A stretch of 64,000 nucleotides of DNA. Origin: a virus. The position numbers and the translations under genes are program-made. The DNA lies in the IMG/VR virus record IMGVR_UViG_3300045988_031640; one strand, given 5' to 3'. The number at the start of each line of letters is the position of its first letter. Position 1 is the stretch's first letter. Under the pieces are notes generated by a model. That model saw only the letters and a program-made list of their open reading frames with translations, made no database searches and had not been told where the DNA came from. Shown in pieces: positions 27,033-40,800 of the stretch.

Positions 27033-27584
27033 ATGGAAGAAATCTGGAAACCAATTGATGGATATGAAGGTATATATGAAGTTAGTAGTCTTGGTAATGT
27101 AAGATCATTAGATAGGATTATAAAAGTAAAATACGGCCGATCAGTTAATTATACTGACCAGAAGTTTAAAGGTCGAATATTAAAACAAACTTTTACAACG
27201 TATGGTTACGCATATGTAGCATTAGCAAAAAATGGAAAAAGTAAAACTACGTTAGTTCATAGACTTGTTGCAAAAGCTTTTATAAATAATCCTGAAAATC
27301 TTCCGTGTGTAAATCATAAAGATGAAAATCAGAGAAATAATAATGTATCTAATTTAGAATGGTGTTCTTATGAATACAATAATACATATAAAGATATTCA
27401 TTTGAGACGCAAAAAAACTAATAGAAAAATTATTCAATATGATTTAGACATGAATGAAATAAAACGTTGGGAAAGCATAACTGATGCTGCTAACTATTAT
27501 GACATAGAAAATAGTAATATTTCCGCATGTTGTATTGGTAAACGTAATCATTGTGCTGGTTTTAAATGGAGATACTATGAATGA
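27033..27584 (+). CDS. HNH homing endonuclease (NUMOD4 + HNH)
   Basis: EEIWKPIDGYEGIYEVSSLGNVRSLD and LVHRLVAKAFINNPENLPCVNHKDENQRNNNVSNLEWCS; NUMOD1-like C-terminus. Confidence 0.88.
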   Translation: MEEIWKPIDGYEGIYEVSSLGNVRSLDRIIKVKYGRSVNYTDQKFKGRILKQTFTTYGYAYVALAKNGKSKTTLVHRLVAKAFINNPENLPCVNHKDENQRNNNVSNLEWCSYEYNNTYKDIHLRRKKTNRKIIQYDLDMNEIKRWESITDAANYYDIENSNISACCIGKRNHCAGFKWRYYE

Positions 27585-28563
27585 TTTAACAGAAAACTAC
27601 TATTCAGATAATACAAGAATATCTAATTCGAACATAGGCTGGTTCTTGAAGAAAGGGCCAGCCTATTTACATTCTATGCTAACAGGTAAAGCTGAAGGCG
27701 AAACAGGTCGTCAGTTAGCTCGTGGAACTATGATTCACGAATATCTGTTACAGCCTGAAGAATTCCACAAAGACTATGTTGTGTGGGATAAAAGTAGACC
27801 TTCTTCAGCACAGCAGGAGAAGTTCTGTCAGGAGCTTGCACAGAGTGTTGAAATAGAGCCAAATAAAGCCGTTATAAGCGCATATCGTGCGTCGTACAAG
27901 GGTTTACCCAAGTCAGACGATTTGGTGCTCCCTAAGGCTCTTAAAATGGCTGAGGAGTATTCTGATTATATAGAGTACCTTAAGATAAATGATAATCGAG
28001 AGATTATATCTCCATATGACGCTAAGATGCTAATGGAGGTGGCTGAGAATATTCAGAAACATAAACTTGCGTCTAAGTTGCTTAAGAATGAGTATATTGG
28101 ACAAGAGGATGAACTTTATCATGAATTCCATATAAATTGGAGTATGTGTGGAGTTAAATGCAAGTCATTACTTGATAGTGTACATTTTGATTTTAAGAAC
28201 AAAGTATGTACTTTGATGGACTTGAAGACAACTGTAAACATAGGTTGTTTTGAAGAATCTATGAATCATTATGACTATTTAAGGCAATTGTGTTTTTATG
28301 AATACGCTTTAAGATGGTATATTATAAATGAATTGAAAGAAGAACCAAATAATGATTGGACTTTTAAGTATTATATCATCGGTATAGATACAACTGGAAG
28401 TAATGAGATACGTGTTTTTGAATTTACAGAACATCAAGTTAATAGTAAATTAGATACTATTATGGATGTTTTAGAACAAATACGCTGGCATCAGGCTAAT
28501 GACAAGTGGGAACATACGCTTGAGTATTATACTGGTGACGGAAGTGAAAAGTTAAATTTATAA
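27577..28563 (+). CDS. PD-(D/E)XK exonuclease (RecE/YqaJ-like)
   Basis: GTMIHEYLLQPEEF ... CGVKCKSLLDSVHFD...CTLMDLKTTV ...YDYLRQLCFYEYAL. Confidence 0.78.
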   Translation: MNDLTENYYSDNTRISNSNIGWFLKKGPAYLHSMLTGKAEGETGRQLARGTMIHEYLLQPEEFHKDYVVWDKSRPSSAQQEKFCQELAQSVEIEPNKAVISAYRASYKGLPKSDDLVLPKALKMAEEYSDYIEYLKINDNREIISPYDAKMLMEVAENIQKHKLASKLLKNEYIGQEDELYHEFHINWSMCGVKCKSLLDSVHFDFKNKVCTLMDLKTTVNIGCFEESMNHYDYLRQLCFYEYALRWYIINELKEEPNNDWTFKYYIIGIDTTGSNEIRVFEFTEHQVNSKLDTIMDVLEQIRWHQANDKWEHTLEYYTGDGSEKLNL

Positions 28564-28587
28564 TTTCTAACCTTAGAGTAAATAATT

Positions 28588-28797
28588 ATGAATGATATTA
28601 TAGAAGCAATTGACTCAGAAGTGTACAACGAAAACTTGAAGTCAAATTACAACGCAGCAAGCGTAGACATGAAAATTGTAGAGGAAGAAAACTTAGCTAA
28701 TATTGATGCAGCTTTAATTGAAGCTGAAATTATAGAAGAAGAGAATTTAGCTAATATTGACATGTCTAATGATTTTATACAAGAGTTCGTTGCCTAA
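28588..28797 (+). CDS. Small acidic protein with internal repeat
   Basis: EEENLANID repeated twice. Confidence 0.5.
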   Translation: MNDIIEAIDSEVYNENLKSNYNAASVDMKIVEEENLANIDAALIEAEIIEEENLANIDMSNDFIQEFVA

Positions 28798-29155
28798 AAT
28801 AGACATAAAGCTTTTAACGTTACAATATATATTAGATTCTCCTGAGATAATAAACTCTGGCGATCTTGTGGATATTTATGTAGAAATATACAAAGAAAAA
28901 GTAATTTACAAGCTTTTGTTTAACACACAAAACAAATTAGATGTATTCAAACTAAGAGAACTTGCAAGGAATGAAGATAGCTTTATTAATTGTAAGATCG
29001 AAAATGGTTTATATGTTATATCTTTTCTTGTACCAAATAAATATACAGATAGATTAGCATATTTAAATACATCAAAAACATATTCTGTCTCTAAAAAAGA
29101 GATGGATACTTTTCAGATATTCATAACAAAAAACCCAGGCCGCTCGAGAGAGTAG
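28790..29155 (+). CDS. Hypothetical protein (likely TTG start, TAG stop)
   Basis: PKIDIKLLTLQYILDSPEIINSGDLVDIYVEIYKEK... Confidence 0.5.
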   Translation: MPKIDIKLLTLQYILDSPEIINSGDLVDIYVEIYKEKVIYKLLFNTQNKLDVFKLRELARNEDSFINCKIENGLYVISFLVPNKYTDRLAYLNTSKTYSVSKKEMDTFQIFITKNPGRSRE

Positions 29156-29173
29156 TCTGGGTTTATTTTTTTA
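29128..29173. terminator. Terminator at the convergent early/late junction
   Basis: AAACCCAG...CTGGGTTTATTTTTTT; A-tract on the other side gives bidirectional potential. Confidence 0.75.
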
Positions 29174-32100
29174 TTAATTTTCAGATTGTTCTTTTTCAAT
29201 CTGCATTTTAAGATAGTTAAGTTTAGATTTAGAATCTTTAAATTGTTCTATTGGGCTATGTAAAGGTGTAAGTTTAATAGCATTTTTCTCAAACTTAGTA
29301 AACCCTTCATAAGACCTTGACCTTTTACCTAAAGGTTCTGTAAAGAAATCTCCTACACTATCGTCTTCAAGCATATTCTAAAGTGACGGATTCGATAGTA
29401 TCGACTAACGAGGGAATATTCTGTTAGCAATTCCAGTTGCAGTACCTTGCATAAAGTTTTCAAGACCATCGGATAGTGATGTAGCAGCAGAAACTGTTTT
29501 AATATTATTTGCAATATCATCTATTCGGTATGGATTAAATGATTCCCATTTGAACGCCTCCATCCAATATGCAAGCATATACTTCCACCATTCATCATCT
29601 TTATCAGATTCTTTAGCCATTCCGTACATGAAAGCAGAAATCTAATTTACAACAGCATAAAGAGCAATTTCACTCATAGTCTATTTTAGTTGATATTTGT
29701 TTGATAAAGAGTTTACGTACGCCTTGTCAGAAGATTTATCATTAAAATATTTTTTAACCTATTTAATAACTCCTTCTGGTTTGATCCCGTTTTTCTTATT
29801 ATTGCGACGAACTCTTAAATAATTACCAACACCAATAGCAGCTCCTATAACAGAGCCCATAGCTGGATTGAAGAACAATGTTCCAAGACTACTCCAAGCT
29901 AATGTGCTTAATAATAAGTTATTTCCAGTAGTCTTCGATATTAAATTAAACATATTTCTATGTAAACCATTCTTATATTCCTACATATCATAATCATACA
30001 CACGATTTCCAAAATACTTATCGAGCATCAATGGAAAATACTATCTATGTATCATAAGTAGTATACCAGCCCAGCTTTTAACAAGTAAAGTTCTTTGTAA
30101 TTTAGTAGCCATACCATCGGCTTCTTCAGAATATTTTACACATCTATTTTTTACCTTAAACTTACTCTTTTCCCAAGCTGCTTTATACTTATCGTCTTTC
30201 ATTTTTATAGCACCTGTTGACGTATCTATAACATCCCATAGAGAAACTCCTTTCTTGTATTGCTTCATGGCGTCATTATACCAATCTTCGCCATTCTTAA
30301 ATCTATTTATTTGTATATCATATTTAGTTAAGAATTCTCCATTTACAAAATGATGAGCTCTTAATGCTGACTAAGCGATATGTTGTTTTGACATAACATC
30401 ACAAGCAGACATTAAACCATATATAGACTATTTATAAGTAGCTTGAATAGCTCTAATTCTATTAGTATGCTATGTAGTGTTTTCCCATTGGTTAGCTAAT
30501 CCAAAATCCTTCATGACAACAAGCATCTTGTCTTTAGTGTATGGATTTGCTATAGTTCTTGCTCCAAATAAATGTTTGAATACAAATCTTGAAGCAACAT
30601 CTAACATTGTCTACATACACTCTTTAGCACTATATCTTTGACCAGTTAAAGAGAATACTAAATGATTATACATTGTTGTTAAGAAACCAACAACAGCAAC
30701 TTTAGGATTAAGACCCAAGTTTAATGCAGTTACATAACGTCTTGATAATGATAAAGTTTTATCATAATTAAAACTTCCAATGTTAAGTCTAATTCTTGCT
30801 TTATCATACATATTCATTTCAACAAAGCTATTTAGATATTTAAATAACCTTGTGTCTGTTCCATCTTTAGCAACTTTACTATTACTAAACTATACCAAAT
30901 CTCCTCTACCAAATCTTTGTTTACCAACAGCATCTATTAAACTTTCAACATCGTCACGTATTTTAGATTTGTTTTTATACAAAGCAGACATGTTATAGTA
31001 TTGTGTTATCATTCCAACTAAATCAGATGACAATTGTGACGGATCCTATAGTTTGCGAGTATAATACTATGGTAGGATATTAAATCTACGACCATCTGGG
31101 TATTTTCCTACTGTTGAAATATCAGATTGTCTATTACCATATTCTTGATCATTGTAATCAGATGTAGTACCTTCTCCGTATTGAACACTATCGTCAACAC
31201 TATCAGATATACCTATCTATTCTTTAAGCCAATTTATAAATGTAGACCATTTATGTTTATTTCTTTTTAATCTCTTCCAAAAAGAACCTTGTATTTGTGG
31301 AAGAAGATAATCATCGGTAAACATTCTATTAGTCTACATTGCATTAGACTCTTTCATATATTGTAATGTTAGATCGTATAACTTAGATAATGTCTCAGAA
31401 TTCTTTATTTTATTAAACGCTTTAGAATTATCGTAAAGTGAACGTTTAGGTATAAAAGAGTTATTGTTACCTTCTTTTTTACTTTCTTCAACATATTCTT
31501 TGTTTATAAAAGCAGAGTCATCTTCTTTAACAATCCAACCATTTCCTGGAGTAAATTCCATATACTTTGATTTGTCTTTAGCAACACTCTTCATCCACCA
31601 TTCATCAAAGTTTATATCAAAACCGTCTTCAGTATCTCCGTAATCTAAAAGTAACGCAGTTAACATACCTTCATAATCTCCATCTTCTGGATTTAGAGAT
31701 GCCTCTATTTCACTTATAGCATCATTAAGATATTCAGTATTAACTCTATCAAAATACTTATCCATTAACTAAGAATGTTTTTGATATAGCTGTGACAATT
31801 GATTATTGTTACTTAATACCTTTTCACGTATAGCTCTACGCTTTTGGTTTATCTCAAAAATTATATTACGAACTGACTCAGTTAAATATTCTCCGTCAAC
31901 TTCACCATATTGATCTCTAAGAGGATTTAATAGGCTTTTCTTCATTTCTGTTAGCTTATCATATTCTTCTCCGAATGACAAATCAATACCACGCATAGCA
32001 TTCTTTATCTCATTGAATATAATAGCATCGCCATTTTCGTCTTTTTTATAAGTCAACTTAGCATTACGTCTAGCCCATTTAATAAACTTCTTGTCATCAA

Positions 32101-34831
32101 ATTTATGTTTAGGATTTCCAGCAAACCAATCATTATAAGCCTACTTACCACCACATTCTTCTATGACCTAATTAAACTATTTGGTCCAGTTTTTTATATC
32201 GTATGTAGGATCAAACTTCTTGCCAGTCTTCTTTTCTCTATAATCGCTTAGATCTTTTCTAAACTTCTATAGCGCACGAGCTATTTTAAGCTCTTCTCCA
32301 GTCTTTTTAGTACCAAAGATAGTATAATCCTCATATAGCATCTTTTTGTCTCTTATGGCTGATTTTAGGCGCTTCCAATCTTCATCTGATAGCTTCTCGT
32401 AGTGATATATACCATTTTCATCTGTAACGCCAGGCTAAGCAAGTATAGCTTTTATTTGAGAGTCATATTGATCAAGAGCTTTTCTTGCAGAATAAGGAAC
32501 TTGTGATTGTATTCTATAATAATCTGCAGTGTATTTTCTATTTGCATTTTTTTCAAGCCACTAATTTCTTAGCTCATTCCACATAAGTCTGGCTTCTTCA
32601 TGATCATTTGGTGGTAATCTATTAGCATCAGAAAGAACTAATCCATCTTTCTTAAACTTTTCAGATACCTACCTATTTATATCTTTTATAGCATTATCAT
32701 AATCTTTCCAGAATTTGCCATAATTAAGATCTCTTACAAGATAGCCAGTCGTCTAACCGTTTTCATCTAACTCATATAATGACAACTAAGACTCTCCAAG
32801 CTTTAAGTTTTTAACAGCATTAAGCATATTTAACGCTACTGGTATTGTTTCGTCATCAGACTGTTCTATAGCTTTATTAATTATATGAGATACAGCTCTA
32901 ACAACTTCATTATTAATTGAGTCTGACGCTCCCATATATAATAATCTTGTACCAATATCATCATTTATAACTTGATTCGTTAAGAATGTATCAGCATATT
33001 CAACACCTTCTCTAGAACCTACAGATTTAGCTATTTCTGTAAGTTTGTCATGACTAATCTTATCAAGCATATGACTAAGAATAGCAATAGATGCAGTTGT
33101 TATTGATGATACGTTATCTATATCTTGTTTTATTTGAAGAACATCGCTTACTGATATTTTATCTTTATCGAGTTTGCCTTTATTATATTCTCTAACAATC
33201 TAAGGAACTTCATTTTCATCTGATAACATAGACTATAACTATTGTATAATAGAATTATACATCTTAATATTACTATGCATCTAAAACATGTAGTCTTTAG
33301 ATGTAAAAGGTTTATGATTATAATAAATATCCTTTATATCTTTCATATCTTGTATAAGTTGCGGTACAACCTATCTTAAGAAAGATGTTATAGAGTCGTA
33401 TTTAGAAAGCTCTTGAGTTGTAAACAAATCTATCTACGACTATGTAGAATTAGTTAAATTAGCCTTCTTAGACGGATCTAATTCTGCAGTACGAATAGCA
33501 TTTAATCTAATCTTTAATGCATTGCTTATATTTTGATAATAACCTTGATCAGTATTAGCTAATTTCTATTGTTCAGATAAAGCTTGTTCGGCATTACTTA
33601 TATAATCAACATTCTCTTGTGTTCTATCATTAACCTACGTATTGTTATCTATATTCTAATAATAACGCTTAGCAGACTATATGCTTGTAGAATTATTTAC
33701 ATCAATAGTATTATTACCGCTCAGATACGCATTTAATTGCGTTCTAAGGCGCTCAAATTCAGCTTGGCTACCAACTATACTCCTGTTTAAAATAACGCCT
33801 GAGATCGCATTTATTACATTATTAAACGTTCTTACAAGAATATTCTTATTACCATCAATCTACTTAGCTAATTTATACATATAGCTTCTTGTATATTGAT
33901 CTGTAGCAAGCTATGCAATAAACTCATATTTGTCAGTTAAAGCATACAAACCTTCATCTATAGAAGCGTACATTGAAGGATTTTTATCAACAAAAGATTT
34001 AAGTTTCTAAAATAGCTTTTCTGTATTATTCTTTAACTTTATATCACTTGATGTTTTTGGGTTTGATAAAGCCTACTCTGTAAGATGATGTACTATTTCA
34101 TGTAATATAATATCAGCTACTTTAGAGTTCGATAGATTTCTAACAGTACTTAAGTTTAGTGATATATAAGACCCACTTCTACTCATAACAGCTGCTGCAC
34201 AAGCCTATAGAGAATTATCAATTTTGATAGGTAATCTATATTTAGCAGCAACCTAAGCTAATGGTAGGTTTGATTTACTTACAAGATTATTTGATATAAA
34301 ATGATCAATAAGTTCATTAGATGATATCTATTGTCTGGAAAATAACTTTTTTAGAACATCTTTAGATTGTATATCTGCATCAAAGTTACTAAACTAATTA
34401 ATATCATTTGAGGATGAAAATTTATGAGCATCCATTACAGGTTCTCCATTTATATCTACATTCTTAGATTTACCGCTAATCCAATCACCATGTTTAGATA
34501 TAAAAGATCTAGAATAATAAGAAGATTTTTCTTTTATAGCACCAAGAAGATTGCCACCTCTTTTGTTTAATATGTCATAAAACAACTTAGATTTTATACC
34601 TTCTGGATTTTCTTCTGAATTACTATTAGGTACTTTGTCTAAGAACAAACCACCATTCATATCGTACAACCTATATGCGGCTTCCATAGCAATGAGATCA
34701 ACGCCAGCCCTCTAATTTCTTAGATCGGCTGACTTGAACTCATCTTCTGTCATAGGTTGTCCACCAAATGCTCTGACTAAGTTATTAAACTCGTCGAACA
34801 CGGATTTATTTTTATAAAATGGACAAAACAT
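29174..34831 (-). CDS. Giant virion-associated protein, ~1,885 aa with TAG read as Gln; zincin-like HEIVH motif
   Basis: All long - strand fragments (29174, 29405, 29759, 30041, 30611, 31334, 31769, 32786, 34394) share one frame; checked breaks are TAG; start MFCPFYKNKSVFDEFNNLVRAFGGQP. Confidence 0.72.
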
Positions 34832-34840
34832 AATTAACAA

Positions 34841-37800
34841 TTAACATTTATTACTATTTAAATCATCTGGGTTATCTTCAATATCATCTTGAACATCTCC
34901 TAAGAAATCATCTTCTGATTCACTATTTACAATACCCCCTAATAATTGGTTACCCAAACTTGATATATTATTTTTTACAGCTTCTATCTATTTATTATCT
35001 GTATCAATCATTTGTTCAGTTATATAATCAAGCTACTATTCATTAGCAGTTTGTTCCTAACGTTCAATATATGATTTATAATCATCTATTTCATAACTAA
35101 GTTCCTTAATATAATTCTTAAAAGACTTCTTGTCACTTGATAGATTTTTATGAACATATATTTGATTCTTATTAGAGAATAGGCTACCTCTTAAATTAGA
35201 TACAGTAGAAACAGCTTTAGATAAAGCAAATCTTCTTGATCCGTTATACTTAGTAGAAGATGTTGATATATGATCAATATTAACTTCATTAGCAGATAAC
35301 TAATCTAATAATTTATTTATAAATTCATACATCTTTCTCTACATAAGAACTCTCTTAGCTTTATATTGCTCTAATTGTTCTCTATTCTATTGTAATAGAA
35401 GTTCCTTTTCTTTAAGATCATATTTGTCATAAGTCTAATTAAGTTTTTCTAATTCTTCGTCTATATATTTATCAATATCTTCTTTACTTATTGTATTTTC
35501 AAACAGATAATCAAAAGAAGAGGTTGTAAAATGAATTATAGCTCCATCTTTATTAATAAGTTTTAAGATATCGCTTATATATTTAGAAGGATCTTCATTT
35601 ATTCCTATAGATACAGTCTTAGCTTTATTATCTTCACCAAATACGGTTTTTAAATCATCGTCAGACTTTTCTTCTGTAGGAGTTAAATTTATAACAACAT
35701 CTGCTTTACCTATACCGAATGAATCTGGTTTAGATTTACCAGCATTTAACTTAACAGAACCAACGTCAACAGTCTTCTACTCAGATGTAATAGGAGTTGG
35801 TTTTATATAATTATCATAGTTACTACTAGAAGATTCCTAAATTGGTTTATCATACCAAACTAATTCAAAACTATAGTTATCGTTAGCCTTATTACTTTCA
35901 TCAACCATTTTTTGAACATCCTCAACAATCTTATCTTGAGCAAAATCAACTTCAAGTTTATTCTATTCAAATATAGAACTACTTCCGAAAGAATCGTACA
36001 TTTCTAATATACTAACACCAGTATTTCTATATCCAGCTTTATTTACAGCAGAGTATACAGATATGTCTCCTATATGTTTAGTTTCGCCTTCCTCTTGTTT
36101 TGACTTAATAATAACACCAATACACTTATACAGCATATATTCTCTTCCGCTCTTTATTTTAATATAAGAGTTATCTATATTACTTGTTGTAATAAAACTA
36201 GGGAATGCTTTGTTACCATTATAAGTTGATATTACTGGAAGACCAAGAACGTCTTTACCATATGGATCTAATAAAACAGAATCTGATTCATTTATATAAT
36301 AAGTCTTAACTATATTATCATTATACCAATAGTTTCTTGATATAATATCTATAATATTACTTGCCCTGTCAACCTAATCACCTTTCCTCTATAGTAAGTA
36401 TAATTTTGTTAAAGAGTCCTACATATCTGAATTATCTTTATTCATTAGATGTATAGAATGACTTAACGCATTATCATACTAAGCTCTATATTCAGAAGGT
36501 ACTAAATCAAAGAATGAATTAATACCATTCTAATCATATGATGAATAATAAGCATAGAATACTAAATCTTGAGCTAATTTCTAAACTTCTTCGTTTGGAT
36601 ATGATAATAACTATGCAAAAGCACTAGATAATATCTACTTCTTATTCTAACCAACAGTCATTTGGTTCTATGATAATGAAAATCTTCCTACAGGAGATTT
36701 AGAATTAGCTGTTATAGGATTTAAATATAACAATAACTCGTTCTATATAGCAAGAGATTCAGAATCAACAAGACCTGGGTAATTTTCTGGATGATTAATT
36801 ATTTCGTTTACTAAAGACCTAAATCTAAAGAATATGTCTTTTTGATTTTTGTTACCAAACAATATATCTTTTATTTTATTTTTAAGAGCATTAACATCTC
36901 CGTTAAATGTAAAATCTATAGCGTCTGGATGATTCTATCTAAATTTAGAATCTCCATAAAGCTTACTTCCAATACCAAAGAAAGATAAGAATCTTATAGC
37001 ATTATCAACAGAGTCAGCTATATCTGTAATCTTCTTTTCATCTGATATTTTATTGTAATTAACAGTTCCTTTATTATCGCTAACTTCAATAAAACCATTA
37101 ACCTACCCAGCGATATTTCTAAATATATTATCAAATAGTCTAGTTGCTGTAAACGTCTATGCACTAAGTATATATCTAGTTAAATTTATAGCGTTGTAAA
37201 ATTTACTGCCTAAGAAAGTGTCTCTATAATACATATCTATAGCTAATCTAGACTCAGCTTGTTGTTTTGTCATTTCTATACCACGTGATTTAAGGTCTTT
37301 TATATACTATTCTACCTTTTCGTCAAAACCAGGCTTATTTATATAGAACCCAATAGTATTCTTAAACACATCAATAGTATTGCTAAAGTTTATTTGTTTT
37401 GCTATAGAATTACCAAATTTCTTAGTATCAATCTAAGACGCTTTAACGAGATCTGATAATTTGTCTGCGTATTTATATATTTCTAAGAATGATTCTAATG
37501 CACAAGCCTAGTAAGCTAACGATACAGCTTTTTCAAATCCGTAATCAGCTTTAGCAGATTTAAGAGACTGAATACCCATCTCAACATTAAACATAGACTT
37601 TTTATCAAAAGGTCTAAATGCTTTTTCATCAGGAGATTCTTTTTTACGATCTGTAAATTTACTAACGTATTTAATAAACTTCTATACAGCTTCAATCTAT
37701 TCTTCATCTTCAATGTTAGCTATACATAATTTTAACTCTTTAAGTAAATTACTATATATCTATTTAGCAACTTTTGATTTCTGAGCTCCAGAAAACTCTC

Positions 37801-40800
37801 CTTCAACTCTTTCTCCAGATAAGTTAAATCCATAAACATTGCCAGCATTGTTCATAATGTTAGCAAATTGTTTTATAGATGGCTATGTTAAGAATGTAAA
37901 CGTAGCAAGACCTTTACCTGCTCTAATTAAGAAATTAGTATGCTTGTAAGTAGTTTGATTTACATTGAGTGCAAATACGTATGGATCTTTAGCAACGTCA
38001 ACATTAGCATTAACCATAGCTGACAACCAGTCTGCGATTCGTCTATCATCTTCTCCATATATAGAATCCAAACTTCCAAATTCATATACATTATTTTTAT
38101 CATAACGTAACGTTAGACCAGTCTGTTGAGTTAATGATAAGTTTGTTACATTAAGAGCAAATGGACCAATACCAGTTTTACCAACACTAAACTCAAGTTT
38201 TCTCAAGGTCTAGAATGATGGTAGTAATTGATAACCACCTTCTGCATAACCGCTTGAACTGTCTTTTAGATATGGTTTTATAAGTTCTTCTTGTAATAAC
38301 TCTGTAATAACATCAATAGATCCTCTGGCTAATGCAAAGTTTTTCTTGTCTACCAATATCTTAATATAGTTGTCTATAAGATGATTCTTAACAGCTTCTT
38401 CGATATTATAATTAGAATAATAATCTTCTAACTTTTCAAGTTGAATATCGTTTAGAGATTCTAAATATTTATCAAATTCATCTAAATTTATACCAAGATC
38501 TTTAGCAGCATGTATTTTAATAACATCGTCTTTACTAATACTGCCACTAAGAAGATCTGCAACTTCTTGTTCTCCTATTTCAAAAGGCTTACCTTTAGAG
38601 TCAAACTTCTTAAGAGCTAAGAATAATTTATCAACGTCAAAGTCAGAACCAGTTTGACCAGTAAACTCTCTAGGAACAATAATCAAATTACCATTCTACT
38701 TAGGAAGAATATCAGCAACTTGAGCTGCAAACATAGAAGACTAACCCTGTGTAGGAATACGATAACCAACACCGAAAGGTTTAGCATTTTCTCCAATAAT
38801 GTTATTATCTAATAACCATTGTCTTGTAGCTTCAAAATTACCTTTATATTTAGCAGGAACAACATCTCTAAAGAAGTTTTCGCTTAATAAGACCTAAGTA
38901 GAATTATCTTCTTTATTCCATTTGAGCTCTTTACCGTCATTGAATTCTATAAATCCTTTCTTAGCAGCTTCTTCTTGCGTAAGAATATTTTTCTTTCTAT
39001 TAAAAGCTACAAAACCTAATACAGATTGCTGAATAGCAGTACCACCCTTAGTATTGATATTAACTACAAGTCTATTTACAAACTAAGAAACACTATTTTC
39101 AAATACGCTTCTTGATGGTAAGCTTGCAATTACACCGCCATTATGAATTATCTGTTTAGCTGATATTCCAAGACCGTTACTTTCGCAAATATCTTCAACA
39201 AATTTACGAACTTCTAATTCATTAAGCCTACCACTACTTGTAAAGAATCTATCTTTTACAGACTCTACACCAAACTGAGTTAACAGCTTAATAGAGTTAG
39301 TAATATCTCTACGTATAACTCTACCAAGTCTTCTATCAGAACCAGATCCATACTTCTCATCATCAATAATATTTGAAGAAGCAAGCTTAAACATCTGTGT
39401 ACCAATAGATCTTGAGTCAACTTCATGCGCATGTGTATTTAGCTGCAATCTAAGATTATTCAAATCTTGAACTTTAACAGCTAACGAGCCATTTCCTTCT
39501 TTATTAATAATTTCGCCTGTACTATAATCAAGACGAGTGTCACTATCATTAGAGAATTCGTCAGATATATTAGAAACGCTAGTCTAAACAGTCTTATCTT
39601 TTGATATTATCTATAATCCTTTCTAAACAGCACCAACTTTAGCAGCTGATTTAAATACGATCATATCAAGTTCATTTCCAGACTTATTCATTCTATCATA
39701 TATCTATGATCCAGAATCTGTAGACTTGTTGAACTTAAATACTGGGAAGATAGCCATCTTATTAAGTAACGCTCTATTTCTTGAATTAAGACCTTCATTA
39801 ATTGATTCGTTCTCAAAATAAGACATCTTTAATGGGAATAGCTATAGCTTGCTAACCTTTAAAGCTAATTGAGTGTCTTTCATCCACTCACTAGGATCTA
39901 TATCAACTCTCTGTCCATCTTCATTTATATAATATCCATTTTCTATTATATCATACGCCTATTGGTCTGAATATCCAGTTTCGTCTGGTTCAAAAGACCA
40001 TTCTCCAAGACCTACTCTAATACGTCTATATAAATCTGGGCGAATCATAACCTATGCGTCACATACATTTATACTCTTGTATGGATTCATCTATAAATCA
40101 AGATCGCTTTCTATACTTTCCTTAAGATCTTTTGGAAGCATATTATAGAACCTATTAAAATAATCAGCGTCAGAATATAATAAATCTATAATATTATTAA
40201 CACTTAGTCTCTTGTATTTAACAGAATCGCCTTTCTTTGTCTTAGCCTAATCATAAAGCTCGTTAGATAATTGGTCTGTAAACTTGTTAAGATATTCATC
40301 AATTCTACCATTTCTTATTTTATCTACAACCAACTATACTTTAAAATTCTGTTTAGTCTATTCGTAGAATAATGATGGTGCCTTTACGTCTTCAATCTCA
40401 AGAACAGTATACTTTGTATGATTTGGTATATTTAACTAAGAAATTTCATAATCATTATACTGATTTCTAATTTCCTAACCAGGAGAAAGCATACTTCCTA
40501 AACGTTTAATTTTATCTGAATGTAAATCATTTAGATTCTAAACGTTGTCTTCTATTTCGTAAATATTTCCATTTATACCAACGAATGCTTTTGATTTAGA
40601 TGCTTTTCCACTCTTCCATTTGTACTAAGCTGGATCGCCAGCGAATATCTTTTCAATTTCTATTGTAGATATTTGACTATTTACAACATAATTACCAATT
40701 AGAGAGAACAATGCACTAGCCTAAACAGCTTTGTTATTATAAATTTCAGCAGTTCCGAATAACTTACTATCACTAAGCTATCTTCTATAAACTTCAAGAA

